Below, in pieces: positions 1 to 9,733 of a stretch of 64,000 nucleotides of DNA. Origin of the DNA: a virus; the IMG/VR virus record IMGVR_UViG_3300010403_000002, positions 1-64,000 of that record. One strand, 5' to 3'. The notes under the pieces are model-generated. The model worked only from the letters and a program-made list of their open reading frames with translations, was not told the origin of the DNA and did not search any database. The stretch's first letter is position 1; the number at the start of each line of letters is the position of its first letter. Position numbers and translations under genes: made by a program.

Positions 1-1
1 A

Positions 2-3000
2 GCCATCACGCTGCCCGCGACCACCGACAGTTCAAACCCCAACGCGCGGTATGTGGTCAGGTTCTACAGCACGAACAACACCCCGCTGGCTTTCTGGCAG
101 TGCCCATCGAGCGCAACTGAGCTACGCCTGCCACCTACGGTCAACAACTGGGCTGACCTCTGCACCTACAACGGCTCGGTGATCAGCGCGCCGAATGCTT
201 CCGCTTACACCAAAGACGAATTCAATCAGATGCATCCGTCCTGTGCGGAGGGGAAGTTGGTGGGCTACACGAGCGCTGGCCTGACGCAGACCTGCATTAC
301 CCCTGGTACAGGTCTGCAACTGACCGGCAACACGCTCAACGCCGCGGGCGGCGGCAGCGGCTCGGCTCCGGCAGGTTCGGGCACTGAGCTGCAAATCCGA
401 CAGGACGCGATTACACTGGGCGCGCTCCTCAATAGCGCGAGCAGTGGCAGCAGTTTGGCGCTGGGTGGTGCGGTCAACGCCTCCGCTTTGCTCACGCTCA
501 ACAGCACGACCAAGGGCTTCCTGCCGCCACGGATGACAACCACGCAAAGGGATGCGATTGCCAGTCCGACGCAGGGGCTGATCATCCACAACACGACGAC
601 TGAGCAGTTAAACGGCTATGTCAAGGCGACTGATGGCACGAGCCGCTGGCAGACCCTCATCGGCGACAACCTCACGCTGCAAAACCCGCATGTGGGCGCA
701 CCCGACACTGCCATCAGCTATGGCCTCGCCTGGAACTTCGTCACTGCGGGTACCAGCACAGCACCCAACTTCTCGACTGAGGTCGGGCAGTCGCTGGCCA
801 TGTATGTGACCAATGGTCAAAACGACATTGACCAGGCGGGCAAGAAAACCTATCAAGTGCAGAGTCTTACGATGAATGCGCGCGGGTCTGGCCAGCGTGT
901 TGCGCGCGGTCTGGCGCTCAACTGCTTTGGTGTAGGGGATTGCATCGGCGAGGACATGACTATCACGATGGCCGGGAGTCTGTCATCGAGCGGGGACGAG
1001 GGTTTCAAGTGGCAGCGATTCGCCATCCAAGAACTGAATGGACTGCAATACTCAACCGTCACTTCAATTCCGGCGCAGGCGACCATTAACACCACGCTGA
1101 GTGGCGCGGTCACGCGAAATATTAGCGAGCAGCCCGTCCCGGTCGGCTCATCAGCGGGCGTGGTGGCCGGCCAGTGGATGATTGTGGACGACGGCGCCCC
1201 AACCTCGACGGGCTACAAACGCTCGGAAGCGGTGAAGGTGACAGCGGTGCCGGATGGCACGCATATCACCGGCGTCTTTACGCATAACCACGACGCGGGC
1301 GCTGTAGTTGTTCCGGCGACCGTGCTGGTGGTGAGCAGCACGAACAATTGGGGGCCAGGGCGAACACTGGTCAATATGAGTGCGACCGCCTATACGACAG
1401 GCACCGCGCGCTGTAATCCCTGCGGCGATGGCGCGATGATTGTCGGTAGTGGCACATCGTGGGCTAGCAATATGCTCACCGGCGGGACGGCCAACAACCC
1501 CGGTGCAATCAGTTTTGAGGCTGACGACGTGACGACTTCGCCGTTCAGCCCAAGTAGCCGCCTGCGTGCGTGGTATCCGATACTACAAGTCAACAGCAGC
1601 GTTTCGCTCTCTAACTATCGGGCGAGTCAGGTCGGGCAGGGCGCTAACTACTACGGACTGGCCACCAGCCTGGGCAATTACACAATCCGCCCTGCTGCGC
1701 GACTGATGTCGTTCGACTCGATCAACGATTACTTTGCCCAAACTGTCGTCTTGTCTCCGAATAGTTTTACCTGGCAAGTGGGCGACATCGTAGAACTGGC
1801 ACACTCGACATCGTTCGATGGCGGGGGTGCAACCTGGGACTTCAAAATGTATTTGCCCGGGCAGACGTATCGCGATGGTTTGAACATTCGCAACTCAGGG
1901 ATGCGCGATTTTGCAACGGGGCTGACAATCGGCATCTATCCGGCGTCCACGCCGCAAGGATGGTGGACGACAGGGGCCGACATCAGCGGGCGCTCTACAG
2001 GGTTAAGGGTTGGCAGTGAAGGTAATGCCATCTCAATCAACTCGACCGACAACATTACCAATCCGGCTGGTAAGATTTCGTGGTCTATTGGCCCATCAAT
2101 TCAGTATTCAAGTACCAACGGGGGGCTGCTCATTGATCCATTTGCTGGCGGGGCGAACAGCTTAGCCTTTAAGCATCCGTCAGTCATCAGCGAAAGCCTA
2201 CCCCGCGCCGAGTTTACTGGCACCTGGCTCCTGCAAGGCGTTGGCTCAAACAATCCCTACTTACAGTTGAACGGTCAAAGCAGCCGTGTGTATCGTCTGC
2301 AATCCGATGGTGCAGCTACCAATGCACTCACTGCGCGAGTTTCCGTTGATGGTGGTTCGACCTGGGGCGATGTTTGGCGCTGGGGCAGTGAGGGTTTGAA
2401 TGTATTAAAGACGGTCACCGCTACCAACGGCTCGAACTGGCCCAGCTACAAGCAGATCTTTACCGCTTCCATTTATAACGGGTCAGCCGCCGTTGACAAA
2501 ACATGGTTCTTTAGGGTTGACCCACTCAGTAACTCAGCCAATGCTGACCAGAAATGGAGCGTGTGGCGCCCTACTTCCAATGCGAGCTTTCCCGTCGCCA
2601 TATTATCGGCTGAAACATCTGGCAAATTCACCTTCGGCATACAAGACCCGCTAGGTGGGGGCATAGAAGCCGTCAGAGCCGCTGTGTTTGACCCGACTGG
2701 CATTACGGCAGGGCAGACGCGCACCTACACGATGCCTGACGTTTCGGCCACGCTGGCCACGCGCACGGGCACATTTGTCACCGACAACTGCGTCAAGGTG
2801 GATGCCAATAAGAATTTCATTGACGCGGGCGTGACTTGTGGCGGTGGCGGTGGTGGTGGCGGCTCGGTGACGAGCATCACGGCGGGCGCGGGTCTCCAAT
2901 CCTCAACCACAAACCCCATCACCACCTCTGGCGCGCTCAGCATCGTCACTGGCGGGGTGACGAATGCGATGTTGGCCGGTTCGATCACTGACGACAAGCT

Positions 3001-3820
3001 GAACACGATCTCGACCCCTGGTAGGGTCAATGCCTCAGCGTTGGGTGGCACGATTGCGGCGGGGGTGTTTCCGACCCTGACCGGTGACGTGACGACGCCG
3101 GGCGCGTCGCTGGTGACCACCATCGCCAACGATGCGGTAACGTTCGCCAAGATGGCCAACCTGGCCACGAACCGGCTGATTGGGCGCTCGACTGCTGGCA
3201 CGGGCGACCCTGAAGCCATCACACCTGGCTCCACACTCTCGCTCGCTGCTGGCACGCTCGACGTAGCCAACCAGGGCATCACCTTTGCCAAGTTCCAGAA
3301 CATCGCAACCGCGCGGGTGCTGGGACGCTCGACGGCGGGCAGCGGCTCGGTCGAAGAGATCAACATCGGCACAGGTTTAGCGATTATTGCTGGCACGCTC
3401 TCCGCAACGGGGGGTGGGACGGCCATCACGGTCAAGGACGAAGGCTCGACGCTTGGCACTGCTGACACGATAGACCTGGTGGGCGCAGGCGTGACAGGCA
3501 CTTTCGCTGGCACGACTCTGACGATCACGGTTCCTGGCGCCGGTACGCCGACGTTTGGCTACGCGGCGGTGACGGGTGCGACCTACACAATCTCAGGAAG
3601 TGACAATTTCCTGAAGTGTGACACATCGTCAAACGCGATCACTATCAGCATCGGCGCGAGTGGTACGGCTGGCCGTCCGCTGAGGGTGTGGAAGTCTTCG
3701 ACGGACACAAACATTTGCACGATTTCGGATGGCACAAATTCTTATCAGATTTACGCACCTGGGGGCGTCTATGATTTTGTTGGCTCAGGTAGCGCATGGC
3801 TGGCTAGCCTTTCGAACTAG
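2..3820 (+). CDS. Large tail fibre/adhesin-like protein (5'-truncated)
   Basis: Frame is open from base 2 (AITLPATTDS...). G/S/T-rich with known fibre repeats: STTKGFLPPRMTTTQRDAI, VTNAMLAGSI, NDAVTFAKM, GRSTAGTGDPE. Confidence 0.8.
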   Translation, partial: AITLPATTDSSNPNARYVVRFYSTNNTPLAFWQCPSSATELRLPPTVNNWADLCTYNGSVISAPNASAYTKDEFNQMHPSCAEGKLVGYTSAGLTQTCITPGTGLQLTGNTLNAAGGGSGSAPAGSGTELQIRQDAITLGALLNSASSGSSLALGGAVNASALLTLNSTTKGFLPPRMTTTQRDAIASPTQGLIIHNTTTEQLNGYVKATDGTSRWQTLIGDNLTLQNPHVGAPDTAISYGLAWNFVTAGTSTAPNFSTEVGQSLAMYVTNGQNDIDQAGKKTYQVQSLTMNARGSGQRVARGLALNCFGVGDCIGEDMTITMAGSLSSSGDEGFKWQRFAIQELNGLQYSTVTSIPAQATINTTLSGAVTRNISEQPVPVGSSAGVVAGQWMIVDDGAPTSTGYKRSEAVKVTAVPDGTHITGVFTHNHDAGAVVVPATVLVVSSTNNWGPGRTLVNMSATAYTTGTARCNPCGDGAMIVGSGTSWASNMLTGGTANNPGAISFEADDVTTSPFSPSSRLRAWYPILQVNSSVSLSNYRASQVGQGANYYGLATSLGNYTIRPAARLMSFDSINDYFAQTVVLSPNSFTWQVGDIVELAHSTSFDGGGATWDFKMYLPGQTYRDGLNIRNSGMRDFATGLTIGIYPASTPQGWWTTGADISGRSTGLRVGSEGNAISINSTDNITNPAGKISWSIGPSIQYSSTNGGLLIDPFAGGANSLAFKHPSVISESLPRAEFTGTWLLQGVGSNNPYLQLNGQSSRVYRLQSDGAATNALTARVSVDGGSTWGDVWRWGSEGLNVLKTVTATNGSNWPSYKQIFTASIYNGSAAVDKTWFFRVDPLSNSANADQKWSVWRPTSNASFPVAILSAETSGKFTFGIQDPLGGGIEAVRAAVFDPTGITAGQTRTYTMPDVSATLATRTGTFVTDNCVKVDANKNFIDAGVTCGGGGGGGGSVTSITAGAGLQSSTTNPITTSGALSIVTGGVTNAMLAGSITDDKLNTISTPGRVNASALGGTIAAGVFPTLTGDVTTPGASLVTTIANDAVTFAKMANLATNRLIGRSTAGTGDPEAITPGSTLSLAAGTLDVANQGITFAKFQNIATARVLGRSTAGSGSVEEINIGTGLAIIAGTLSATGGGTAITVKDEGSTLGTADTIDLVGAGVTGTFAGTTLTITVPGAGTPTFGYAAVTGATYTISGSDNFLKCDTSSNAITISIGASGTAGRPLRVWKSSTDTNICTISDGTNSYQIYAPGGVYDFVGSGSAWLASLSN

Positions 3821-3851
3821 CAAGGCGCGGGCGGCATTCATTTCCGTAGAG

Positions 3852-4484
3852 CTATCGTGAGTGTTGGCTGTGACTGTGAAACCGGCGCGGTGCGGTGGTC
3901 TCAGGCTGAACGAGTGTCACATCTGGAATAGAGTAATCGCTATCAACTCTGAATGGAGAAATATCGAATTCGAGTTGCGGGGGACGAGTGGGAACAGGAC
4001 GCCAACTGTGATTGCCATCCCACCCAATCACCGTTGCGAAAATTGTCCACCGTTGAAACGGCTGCCAGTCGCTAGCGAACACCGCGTGCTGTATGTAACT
4101 CCCAGCGTCAGAGCAGCAGTGTTCGGTTTCGTAGATCATTAATACCGGGGCGTTCGGGTTATCCAGGCGAAACGATTTTGCGCCCTTGATCAAGGTGAGG
4201 CCGTATCTCTCGCAAGCAAGTTGCACGTCAACATAGTTCGCCTTGTATGGTATCCAAGACAGGTCTTCGGTTCTGCCCATATAAGCTAGCCCTGTGGCAA
4301 ATGCGCGTCTTAAGCATCCGCCAGACGACTGGCGCGTAAGCCCGCGCACAGTGGTAGCTAGCGACTCGTCGGAGTCAACGATAGGCATGGGAGCTACCTT
4401 GTTGGTGCTCGCCACGCCAAGTTGGAAACTTAAGGAGCAGCAAGCGATCAGTAATGCCAGGGCGCTCAGTATTGTGTATTTCAT
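3852..4484 (-). CDS. Secreted/membrane-anchored papain-fold (C39-like) peptidase candidate
   Basis: Hydrophobic N-terminus; Q-SSGG-C followed by a distal HAV motif. Confidence 0.4.
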   Translation of the reverse strand: MKYTILSALALLIACCSLSFQLGVASTNKVAPMPIVDSDESLATTVRGLTRQSSGGCLRRAFATGLAYMGRTEDLSWIPYKANYVDVQLACERYGLTLIKGAKSFRLDNPNAPVLMIYETEHCCSDAGSYIQHAVFASDWQPFQRWTIFATVIGWDGNHSWRPVPTRPPQLEFDISPFRVDSDYSIPDVTLVQPETTAPRRFHSHSQHSR

Positions 4485-4490
4485 GGCCTA

Positions 4491-4499
4491 ATTCTACCA
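4491..4499 (-). promoter_or_regulatory. Extended -10 promoter, leaderless mRNA
   Basis: Minus strand TGGTAGAAT, 6 nt upstream of ATG 4484. Confidence 0.55.
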
Positions 4500-4519
4500 T
4501 CTACCAAGGAACTCAGATA

Positions 4520-5125
4520 ATGAAAAAGACACTGATTTTATTGGCTCTTTGCCTGAGTCTCTGCGCAAGCCTTGCTCAGGCTGGATTGGCTCAATCGCCC
4601 AGCGGTGAAGCCTTACCGATACCATGGAGCATTGCGCCTACGCCGTTTGGGCCACAACAGGTGGTAATGGGCTGTCTTGTGTATCACCCTGGGGTGATTT
4701 GTGATTATTATGAGCGGCGACCCGCGCAAGACCCAGTAGCTAAGTGGTTACGTGGCGTAGGCGGCGCGGGCACGGGCACGCCTGAAGAGATTCCGGTTGC
4801 TAGGACGTTTGGCGTGGGTATAGACGGTGGCGGTGGTGGCCCAGTCGCCAGCATCACGGCGGGCGGGCAAGCCGGTAGAACGATTGGCATAGATGCGCAC
4901 CTCGCCGAATGGGTTGAGGAATCCTACATGGAGAATGGTAAGCTGATTCTGGTCAAGCGCGGCATCAGCACTCCGTCACTTACGACGTGCGCAGGAACGG
5001 ATTGCTTCGGCGAGCAAGCTTGGAAGGAAATCTATACCGCCAAGGACGGCCAGATAGTGCTTGAGCGCATCATCAGAGGCAAGATTATTCCTGCGCAGGC
5101 TGAGCGGGTAGAGTGGCCGGAGTGA
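4520..5125 (+). CDS. Secreted hypothetical protein containing fibre-like repeat fragments
   Basis: Signal peptide MKKTLILLALCLSLCASLAQA; RBS AAGGA; GTGTPEEI and GGGGPVASITAG resemble repeats of ORF 2-3820. Confidence 0.7.
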   Translation: MKKTLILLALCLSLCASLAQAGLAQSPSGEALPIPWSIAPTPFGPQQVVMGCLVYHPGVICDYYERRPAQDPVAKWLRGVGGAGTGTPEEIPVARTFGVGIDGGGGGPVASITAGGQAGRTIGIDAHLAEWVEESYMENGKLILVKRGISTPSLTTCAGTDCFGEQAWKEIYTAKDGQIVLERIIRGKIIPAQAERVEWPE

Positions 5126-5131
5126 TGGCTA

Positions 5132-5491
5132 TTACTGTCCAGCTATGCGCTTTTGCACGGCTGAACGCTGTACGCATAGCCGGGCTTGAAACTCATCTTC
5201 GGCGCGCTTCAGCTTGGTCTCGAATGTTACAAGACGCTGGCAGGAAGGTAACGAGCGACGAAGCTCAGACCACGCAGGCGTGCCGACCGACACGCTTTCA
5301 CTTTTCTCCACTGTCTCGTTGCATTGCGATGCTAGCACCCTTGTGGTCAATGTTAGCTCTTCAATGAGTGCCGGGTAAAGCGTTACGTCAGACACAAGAT
5401 AGGTTGGTTGGACTTCCTGGGAAGTGCCTGACGCAACCAAGATATAGCCGCACAGTAGGACTGTGCATAATGTTGTAATTAGGTGTTTCAT
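5132..5491 (-). CDS. Secreted hypothetical protein
   Basis: RBS GGAGAG; MKHLITTLCTVLLCGYILVASG signal peptide. Confidence 0.6.
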   Translation of the reverse strand: MKHLITTLCTVLLCGYILVASGTSQEVQPTYLVSDVTLYPALIEELTLTTRVLASQCNETVEKSESVSVGTPAWSELRRSLPSCQRLVTFETKLKRAEDEFQARLCVQRSAVQKRIAGQ

Positions 5492-5574
5492 TTGCTCTCC
5501 TTGTGGCATCAAGTGTGCGATTAACAGCCTGCTGAGTATACCTGTCCACCGAAGCGATAACAATGAAAACTGAA

Positions 5575-5763
5575 CTATTTCTTGTTGCATTGCTCGCAGC
5601 TAAATTGAAGATAGTCGTCGTTATTTGGAGGCGGTGTAGGCATAGGGCCAGACCGTAACTTGCCAAAACTCTTGAATCCCTCAGTCTCATACTGACCGAC
5701 CAGTATGAGACCGCCGTCGATCTGAAGCTTTACTACCATAGCGTCGAATTCTTCATTGTTCAT
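5575..5763 (-). CDS. Small hypothetical protein with C-terminal CxxC
   Basis: ORF preceded by extended -10 TGGTAAAAT 6 nt upstream of the ATG. Confidence 0.5.
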   Translation of the reverse strand: MNNEEFDAMVVKLQIDGGLILVGQYETEGFKSFGKLRSGPMPTPPPNNDDYLQFSCEQCNKK

Positions 5764-5783
5764 AGTCTGATTTTACCATCACA

Positions 5784-7961
5784 ATGACATTCAAAGCACT
5801 TCTTTTCGTATTATTCTCAGTGCTGGGGCTAGCTCTGCCCGCATCCGCCCAATCACGCTTCTTGCCACGGTTGGCTGATGATCCCTTCCGCCCAGCGCAG
5901 CCTGTCGTCAAGTACGAGACAATCCGTGCCGCGCGTGTGACGCCAATAGCGGTGCAGAACTCGGTGCTGGGGCGCGTGTTTCACGTGACAGCGTTCGGTG
6001 CTAAGGGCGATGGTACGACCAACGACACGCCCGCTATTATGAAGGCAGTGGCTGCCGTGAATGCGAATGGTGGCAGCGGCATTGTTGAATTCCCATCAGG
6101 TACGTTCTTGTTGACGCCGGGCAATCCGGCGAGCGATTCAACAAACTTTATGGTGACAGGCTCGGCGGGCGTGATGCTCAACTTCACGGCTACCAACAGC
6201 ACCGTGCGCCTGTCACCCGCGACCACGATCAAAGTTGTAGCCAGTTACCTCTGCCAGAACGCGGCGGGGCAGTTCGCCTCCTGCACGCAGACCCTGTTTG
6301 GCACGTCTGCCTCACCTCTCGCCAACTTCCGCATCCAGGGCAACGGCGGCAAGATCACATGGGCGACCGACACGGAGAACGGCAGCGGCTCGTCTGCTGC
6401 GCGCGTGACGGTGTTAAACGGGGCGAATGAGTTTTACTTTTTGCGCGGCAGCTACCGAGATCCGGAATGGCGCGATTTCGAGACGCAGGACTTCCCGCGC
6501 AACATTGCTCTCGATGGCGGCTACACTGATGGTAGTGGCAACACGCTCACCGATGCGCGCGTTTCCAACTGCAAATTTACTAATTATGGAGGAGCAGGAC
6601 ACGACTTAAACTCCTACTGGCAGGGGGGCAATACAGTCACGGATTGCCTATTTGAATCGCATCGTCAATGGGCATCACACGAGGTGTATCTTGGCGCGGC
6701 CAAGATAGGCAATCGGTTCGTTCGGTGCAAATTCAAGCGGTCAAATGCTGATGCTTCGCTAACTAACAAGTATGCCCTTCAGAGCTACAGTGAGGGCGGT
6801 AGCGGGGATGTGGCAGGCTTGTTGGTGGAAGATTGCGACTTTGAGGGATGGATTGCCGCAGTGCTGGTGCAGCATGCAAATATCTCGGTCTCTGGCAAGG
6901 TCGTGCGTGATGTCCAGTTCGTCAGATGTAAATTCACAGGCGATGGTACGAACACGGCGATGGCAATGGTGGACCCGAACGATTGTAGTGTCGCTTATTG
7001 CACTTTCGATAACTACCTGACGGGTATCAGCGCGACGAACGGCACGGTGAGCGGGAGCAACTTCACGGTCATCCACAACAAGTTCAAGACCGTCAAAAAC
7101 TGGGTCATTACCGGCTCAGCAATCGCCGACTCCCACGTCACCGACAACTACGGCACTACGCCGATAGTGGGTGGTGTGCTCTTTAATTGCCAGGGCAAGC
7201 GTGGCCACATCAACCGCAACCACGCCATCAACGCAGGCGGTAGTGGGACGGTGGGATTTTACATTGCGGGGGACGGCACAGAGGCGGTCGGCAATGAAAT
7301 CTTCACCGACAACAGTGTCGCCTATACCGAACTCTTTGACTTCCTGTCCGGGGCGGGCTGGACGTTCGCTGGCAATGTGGTCAACTCGAACGCCTCCGGC
7401 TACTCGCTCTTCAGTGGCAGTGATTTCAAAATCATCGGCAACACGTTCTCGGAGCGCACCATCGTCGCCGCGGGAGCCACCGGTAACAATCTCGTCTCGG
7501 AGAACATTTTCAACGGCTCGCGCGGCAAGCCTGAGATGCGCGGCACGGCCAACTTCATCAACAACGTTGCGATCAATGGCCCTTACGTTGCGACGGGCAG
7601 CGACGCCGCTGGCTTCAAGAACGCGCGCGGCAACACTTGGAATTCCTCAAACCTAATTGATACGGTCATTGCCAACGCCACAGGCACCTACACGCCGCAC
7701 ACCAATCTGTATGCGGTGTTTGCGCTCACACTGACGGGCAACACGACGATTGCCGCCTCGGAGACCACGCCGACCGACGGGCGCGCGATTACATTCATTC
7801 TCACCGAAGACGGCGTTGGTGGGCGCACCATTACCTGGAATTCTCAATATATCGTCAGTTGCACGCTCTCCACCGGGGCAAATGTGCGCAACACCGTCTC
7901 GTTTATCTACAACGCCACGCTGGGCAAGTACGTGCAGACAGGCTGCACGACTGGCCTGTAA
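5784..7961 (+). CDS. Tailspike/depolymerase-like right-handed beta-helix (pectate lyase 3-like) with signal peptide
   Basis: VTAFGAKGDGTTNDTPAI motif, N/G-rich parallel beta-helix repeats, N-terminal signal peptide ending ASA|Q. Confidence 0.85.
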   Translation: MTFKALLFVLFSVLGLALPASAQSRFLPRLADDPFRPAQPVVKYETIRAARVTPIAVQNSVLGRVFHVTAFGAKGDGTTNDTPAIMKAVAAVNANGGSGIVEFPSGTFLLTPGNPASDSTNFMVTGSAGVMLNFTATNSTVRLSPATTIKVVASYLCQNAAGQFASCTQTLFGTSASPLANFRIQGNGGKITWATDTENGSGSSAARVTVLNGANEFYFLRGSYRDPEWRDFETQDFPRNIALDGGYTDGSGNTLTDARVSNCKFTNYGGAGHDLNSYWQGGNTVTDCLFESHRQWASHEVYLGAAKIGNRFVRCKFKRSNADASLTNKYALQSYSEGGSGDVAGLLVEDCDFEGWIAAVLVQHANISVSGKVVRDVQFVRCKFTGDGTNTAMAMVDPNDCSVAYCTFDNYLTGISATNGTVSGSNFTVIHNKFKTVKNWVITGSAIADSHVTDNYGTTPIVGGVLFNCQGKRGHINRNHAINAGGSGTVGFYIAGDGTEAVGNEIFTDNSVAYTELFDFLSGAGWTFAGNVVNSNASGYSLFSGSDFKIIGNTFSERTIVAAGATGNNLVSENIFNGSRGKPEMRGTANFINNVAINGPYVATGSDAAGFKNARGNTWNSSNLIDTVIANATGTYTPHTNLYAVFALTLTGNTTIAASETTPTDGRAITFILTEDGVGGRTITWNSQYIVSCTLSTGANVRNTVSFIYNATLGKYVQTGCTTGL

Positions 7962-7977
7962 TTACACAAAGGAACCT

Positions 7978-8499
7978 ATGAAACGCATTTTCTTTCTGAC
8001 TGTTTTCTGCTGTCTCTCATTTAGCGCCTTTGCGCAAACACCGAACGGCCCCGCAGCCAAACCTGCGCCTACGAAGTCTGAGACTGCGGACAATACGACA
8101 TATCTGCCTATACGCACTGACAAGCAAGCTAGAGCGGGTGCCGCGGGCGATCAGAGCCTGAAGGCGTATGGCAAGGGCGACGAAATCACGAGCGATCCAC
8201 CAAAGCTCACCCCTGCCGAGCAAGAGGCGGGCAAGCTCCTCTCAAAAGACATCACCACCGCGCAGCAACTGTTGCAGGCAGCGCAGAAGATCATTGATAA
8301 AGGGATCGGTGACGCTGATGTCGAATTGTATATGTACAGGTCGCGCGAGCAGCAGCTCAACATCTTGAAGGGGCTAGACGTGCAGAAGGAGAAATGGTTC
8401 GCCAGTGTGTGGCAGAGGTCGGGTTGTGATCAATGCGCGGTTGATCTTAAGACAGGGGCGCTCACGAAGCCTGCGCCAGCCGAGGCTCCGAAGAAGTAA
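7978..8499 (+). CDS. Secreted hypothetical protein (helical, C-terminal CxxC)
   Basis: RBS AAAGGA; MKRIFFLTVFCCLSFSAFA|Q. Confidence 0.75.
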   Translation: MKRIFFLTVFCCLSFSAFAQTPNGPAAKPAPTKSETADNTTYLPIRTDKQARAGAAGDQSLKAYGKGDEITSDPPKLTPAEQEAGKLLSKDITTAQQLLQAAQKIIDKGIGDADVELYMYRSREQQLNILKGLDVQKEKWFASVWQRSGCDQCAVDLKTGALTKPAPAEAPKK

Positions 8500-9595
8500 C
8501 TGCCCGTTTGCGGGGAAGGCCGAGCGCCTGGATGCTGACATACAGACTCAGCGCGGCTAGGCCAAAGTGGAAGGCCGCACGCAGCACAAAGGGCAGGGCC
8601 GAAATGCCCGTGCCGGTGTGGGCGTATCCAACGGCGACGAAACCGACGAGCAGGGCTGTATAAAGGGTGCGTGCGTTGGCGAGCGAGACCGTGCCTGCAA
8701 CAACCAGCGCAAACGGTAGGAATAAAACCACACTGCGCTCCAAGTCGCCGCAGAAACTAATTGGCAGCGCGAGCAGCAGCGCGGCGCAACAGCGCGTAAA
8801 GGTTGACATCGTGCCTGCACGCCATGCCCGAAAAACTCCGACCGCTGCTAATAGGTAAATGGGCCAAAGCGCCGTCCAGAGCGTCAGGAGCAACGCCTGC
8901 GCTGCGCGCAGCACTCCGAGATCATAGAACGGCTGCAAATTATAGGTAAGGGCATAGCGCAGAAAGTCGCCCTGGGTGTCCACTCCTTGCGGGGTGCCAC
9001 GCATGCCAAGCCAGACTGCGAGCGGTAACAGCAGAAGCCACAGCAGCGACCTGCGCAGCGGGTAGGCACAAGCCGCCCAGGGCAACAGTAGCAGGATGCC
9101 GTACTCCTTGGTGAGCGCCGCCAGACAGACCAGCGGCAGTGCCAACAGCGCGCGCTCACTTTGCAAACAAAGCGCGATCAGGCAGGCAAGCAGGAGTAAC
9201 AGCGGGTCGGTCAAAATCGGTTGCCCGCCGTAGCGCGCGATTTGCAGCGCCACGCCGAGTAACAACACGGCTTGTGGGAAGAGTGGCACAGCGGCGCGCT
9301 GAAGTAGCAGCCAGAGAGCGCAGAGGGCCGCAAGTAGGCAGAGCGGCGTGGTCAGTCGAAAAGCGGTCAGGGTGTCGGTGTTGAACAGTGCCGCCAAGTG
9401 TCCGGCCAGCCAGGGCACGACCACGCGCAAGTTGTAAGGTGAACCCACTTGGCCACCTGCGGCCATCAGGTTGTAATAGTAGCTATCCCACCCGACGCGG
9501 TGGGAGCCGCCTGCGTAGAAGAACAAGTAGCAGTAGTGCGCCGCGCCAGCGACGAGCGCGACGAATAGCGGCCAGAGCTGGCGGTGTTTGGTCAT
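8462..9595 (-). CDS. Polytopic membrane glycosyltransferase (GT-C/Gtr-like)
   Basis: Many hydrophobic segments; WDSYYY after the first TM, then PYNLR, TDP and LTKE motifs typical of GT-C fold enzymes. Confidence 0.65.
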   Translation of the reverse strand: MTKHRQLWPLFVALVAGAAHYCYLFFYAGGSHRVGWDSYYYNLMAAGGQVGSPYNLRVVVPWLAGHLAALFNTDTLTAFRLTTPLCLLAALCALWLLLQRAAVPLFPQAVLLLGVALQIARYGGQPILTDPLLLLLACLIALCLQSERALLALPLVCLAALTKEYGILLLLPWAACAYPLRRSLLWLLLLPLAVWLGMRGTPQGVDTQGDFLRYALTYNLQPFYDLGVLRAAQALLLTLWTALWPIYLLAAVGVFRAWRAGTMSTFTRCCAALLLALPISFCGDLERSVVLFLPFALVVAGTVSLANARTLYTALLVGFVAVGYAHTGTGISALPFVLRAAFHFGLAALSLYVSIQALGLPRKRAVTSSEPRLAQAS

Positions 9596-9687
9596 CGTGT
9601 AAGAGCGTAAAGAAATCCCAGAAACAGTGCCAACGCGAGCAGGAAGAGAAGAAGGTCAAGGGCTTGCTTGCGCTTTGGTGTCGCCAT
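9592..9687 (-). CDS. 31-aa membrane peptide, translationally coupled to the GT gene
   Basis: MATPKRKQALDLLLFLLALALFLGFLYALTR*, ATGA overlap with the GT start; upstream TTGACT-18-TAGGAT promoter. Confidence 0.55.
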   Translation of the reverse strand: MATPKRKQALDLLLFLLALALFLGFLYALTR

Positions 9688-9733
9688 TCGCCGCACATCC
9701 TACGCCTCGTCAGTCAAAGCAGTCAATAAAGCT

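Noticed and set aside
2725-3528. Long antisense ORFs opposite fibre, ejection, integrase, terminase and capsid genes
   Set aside because: Shadow frames expected from GC-rich codon bias, with no RBS or motifs.
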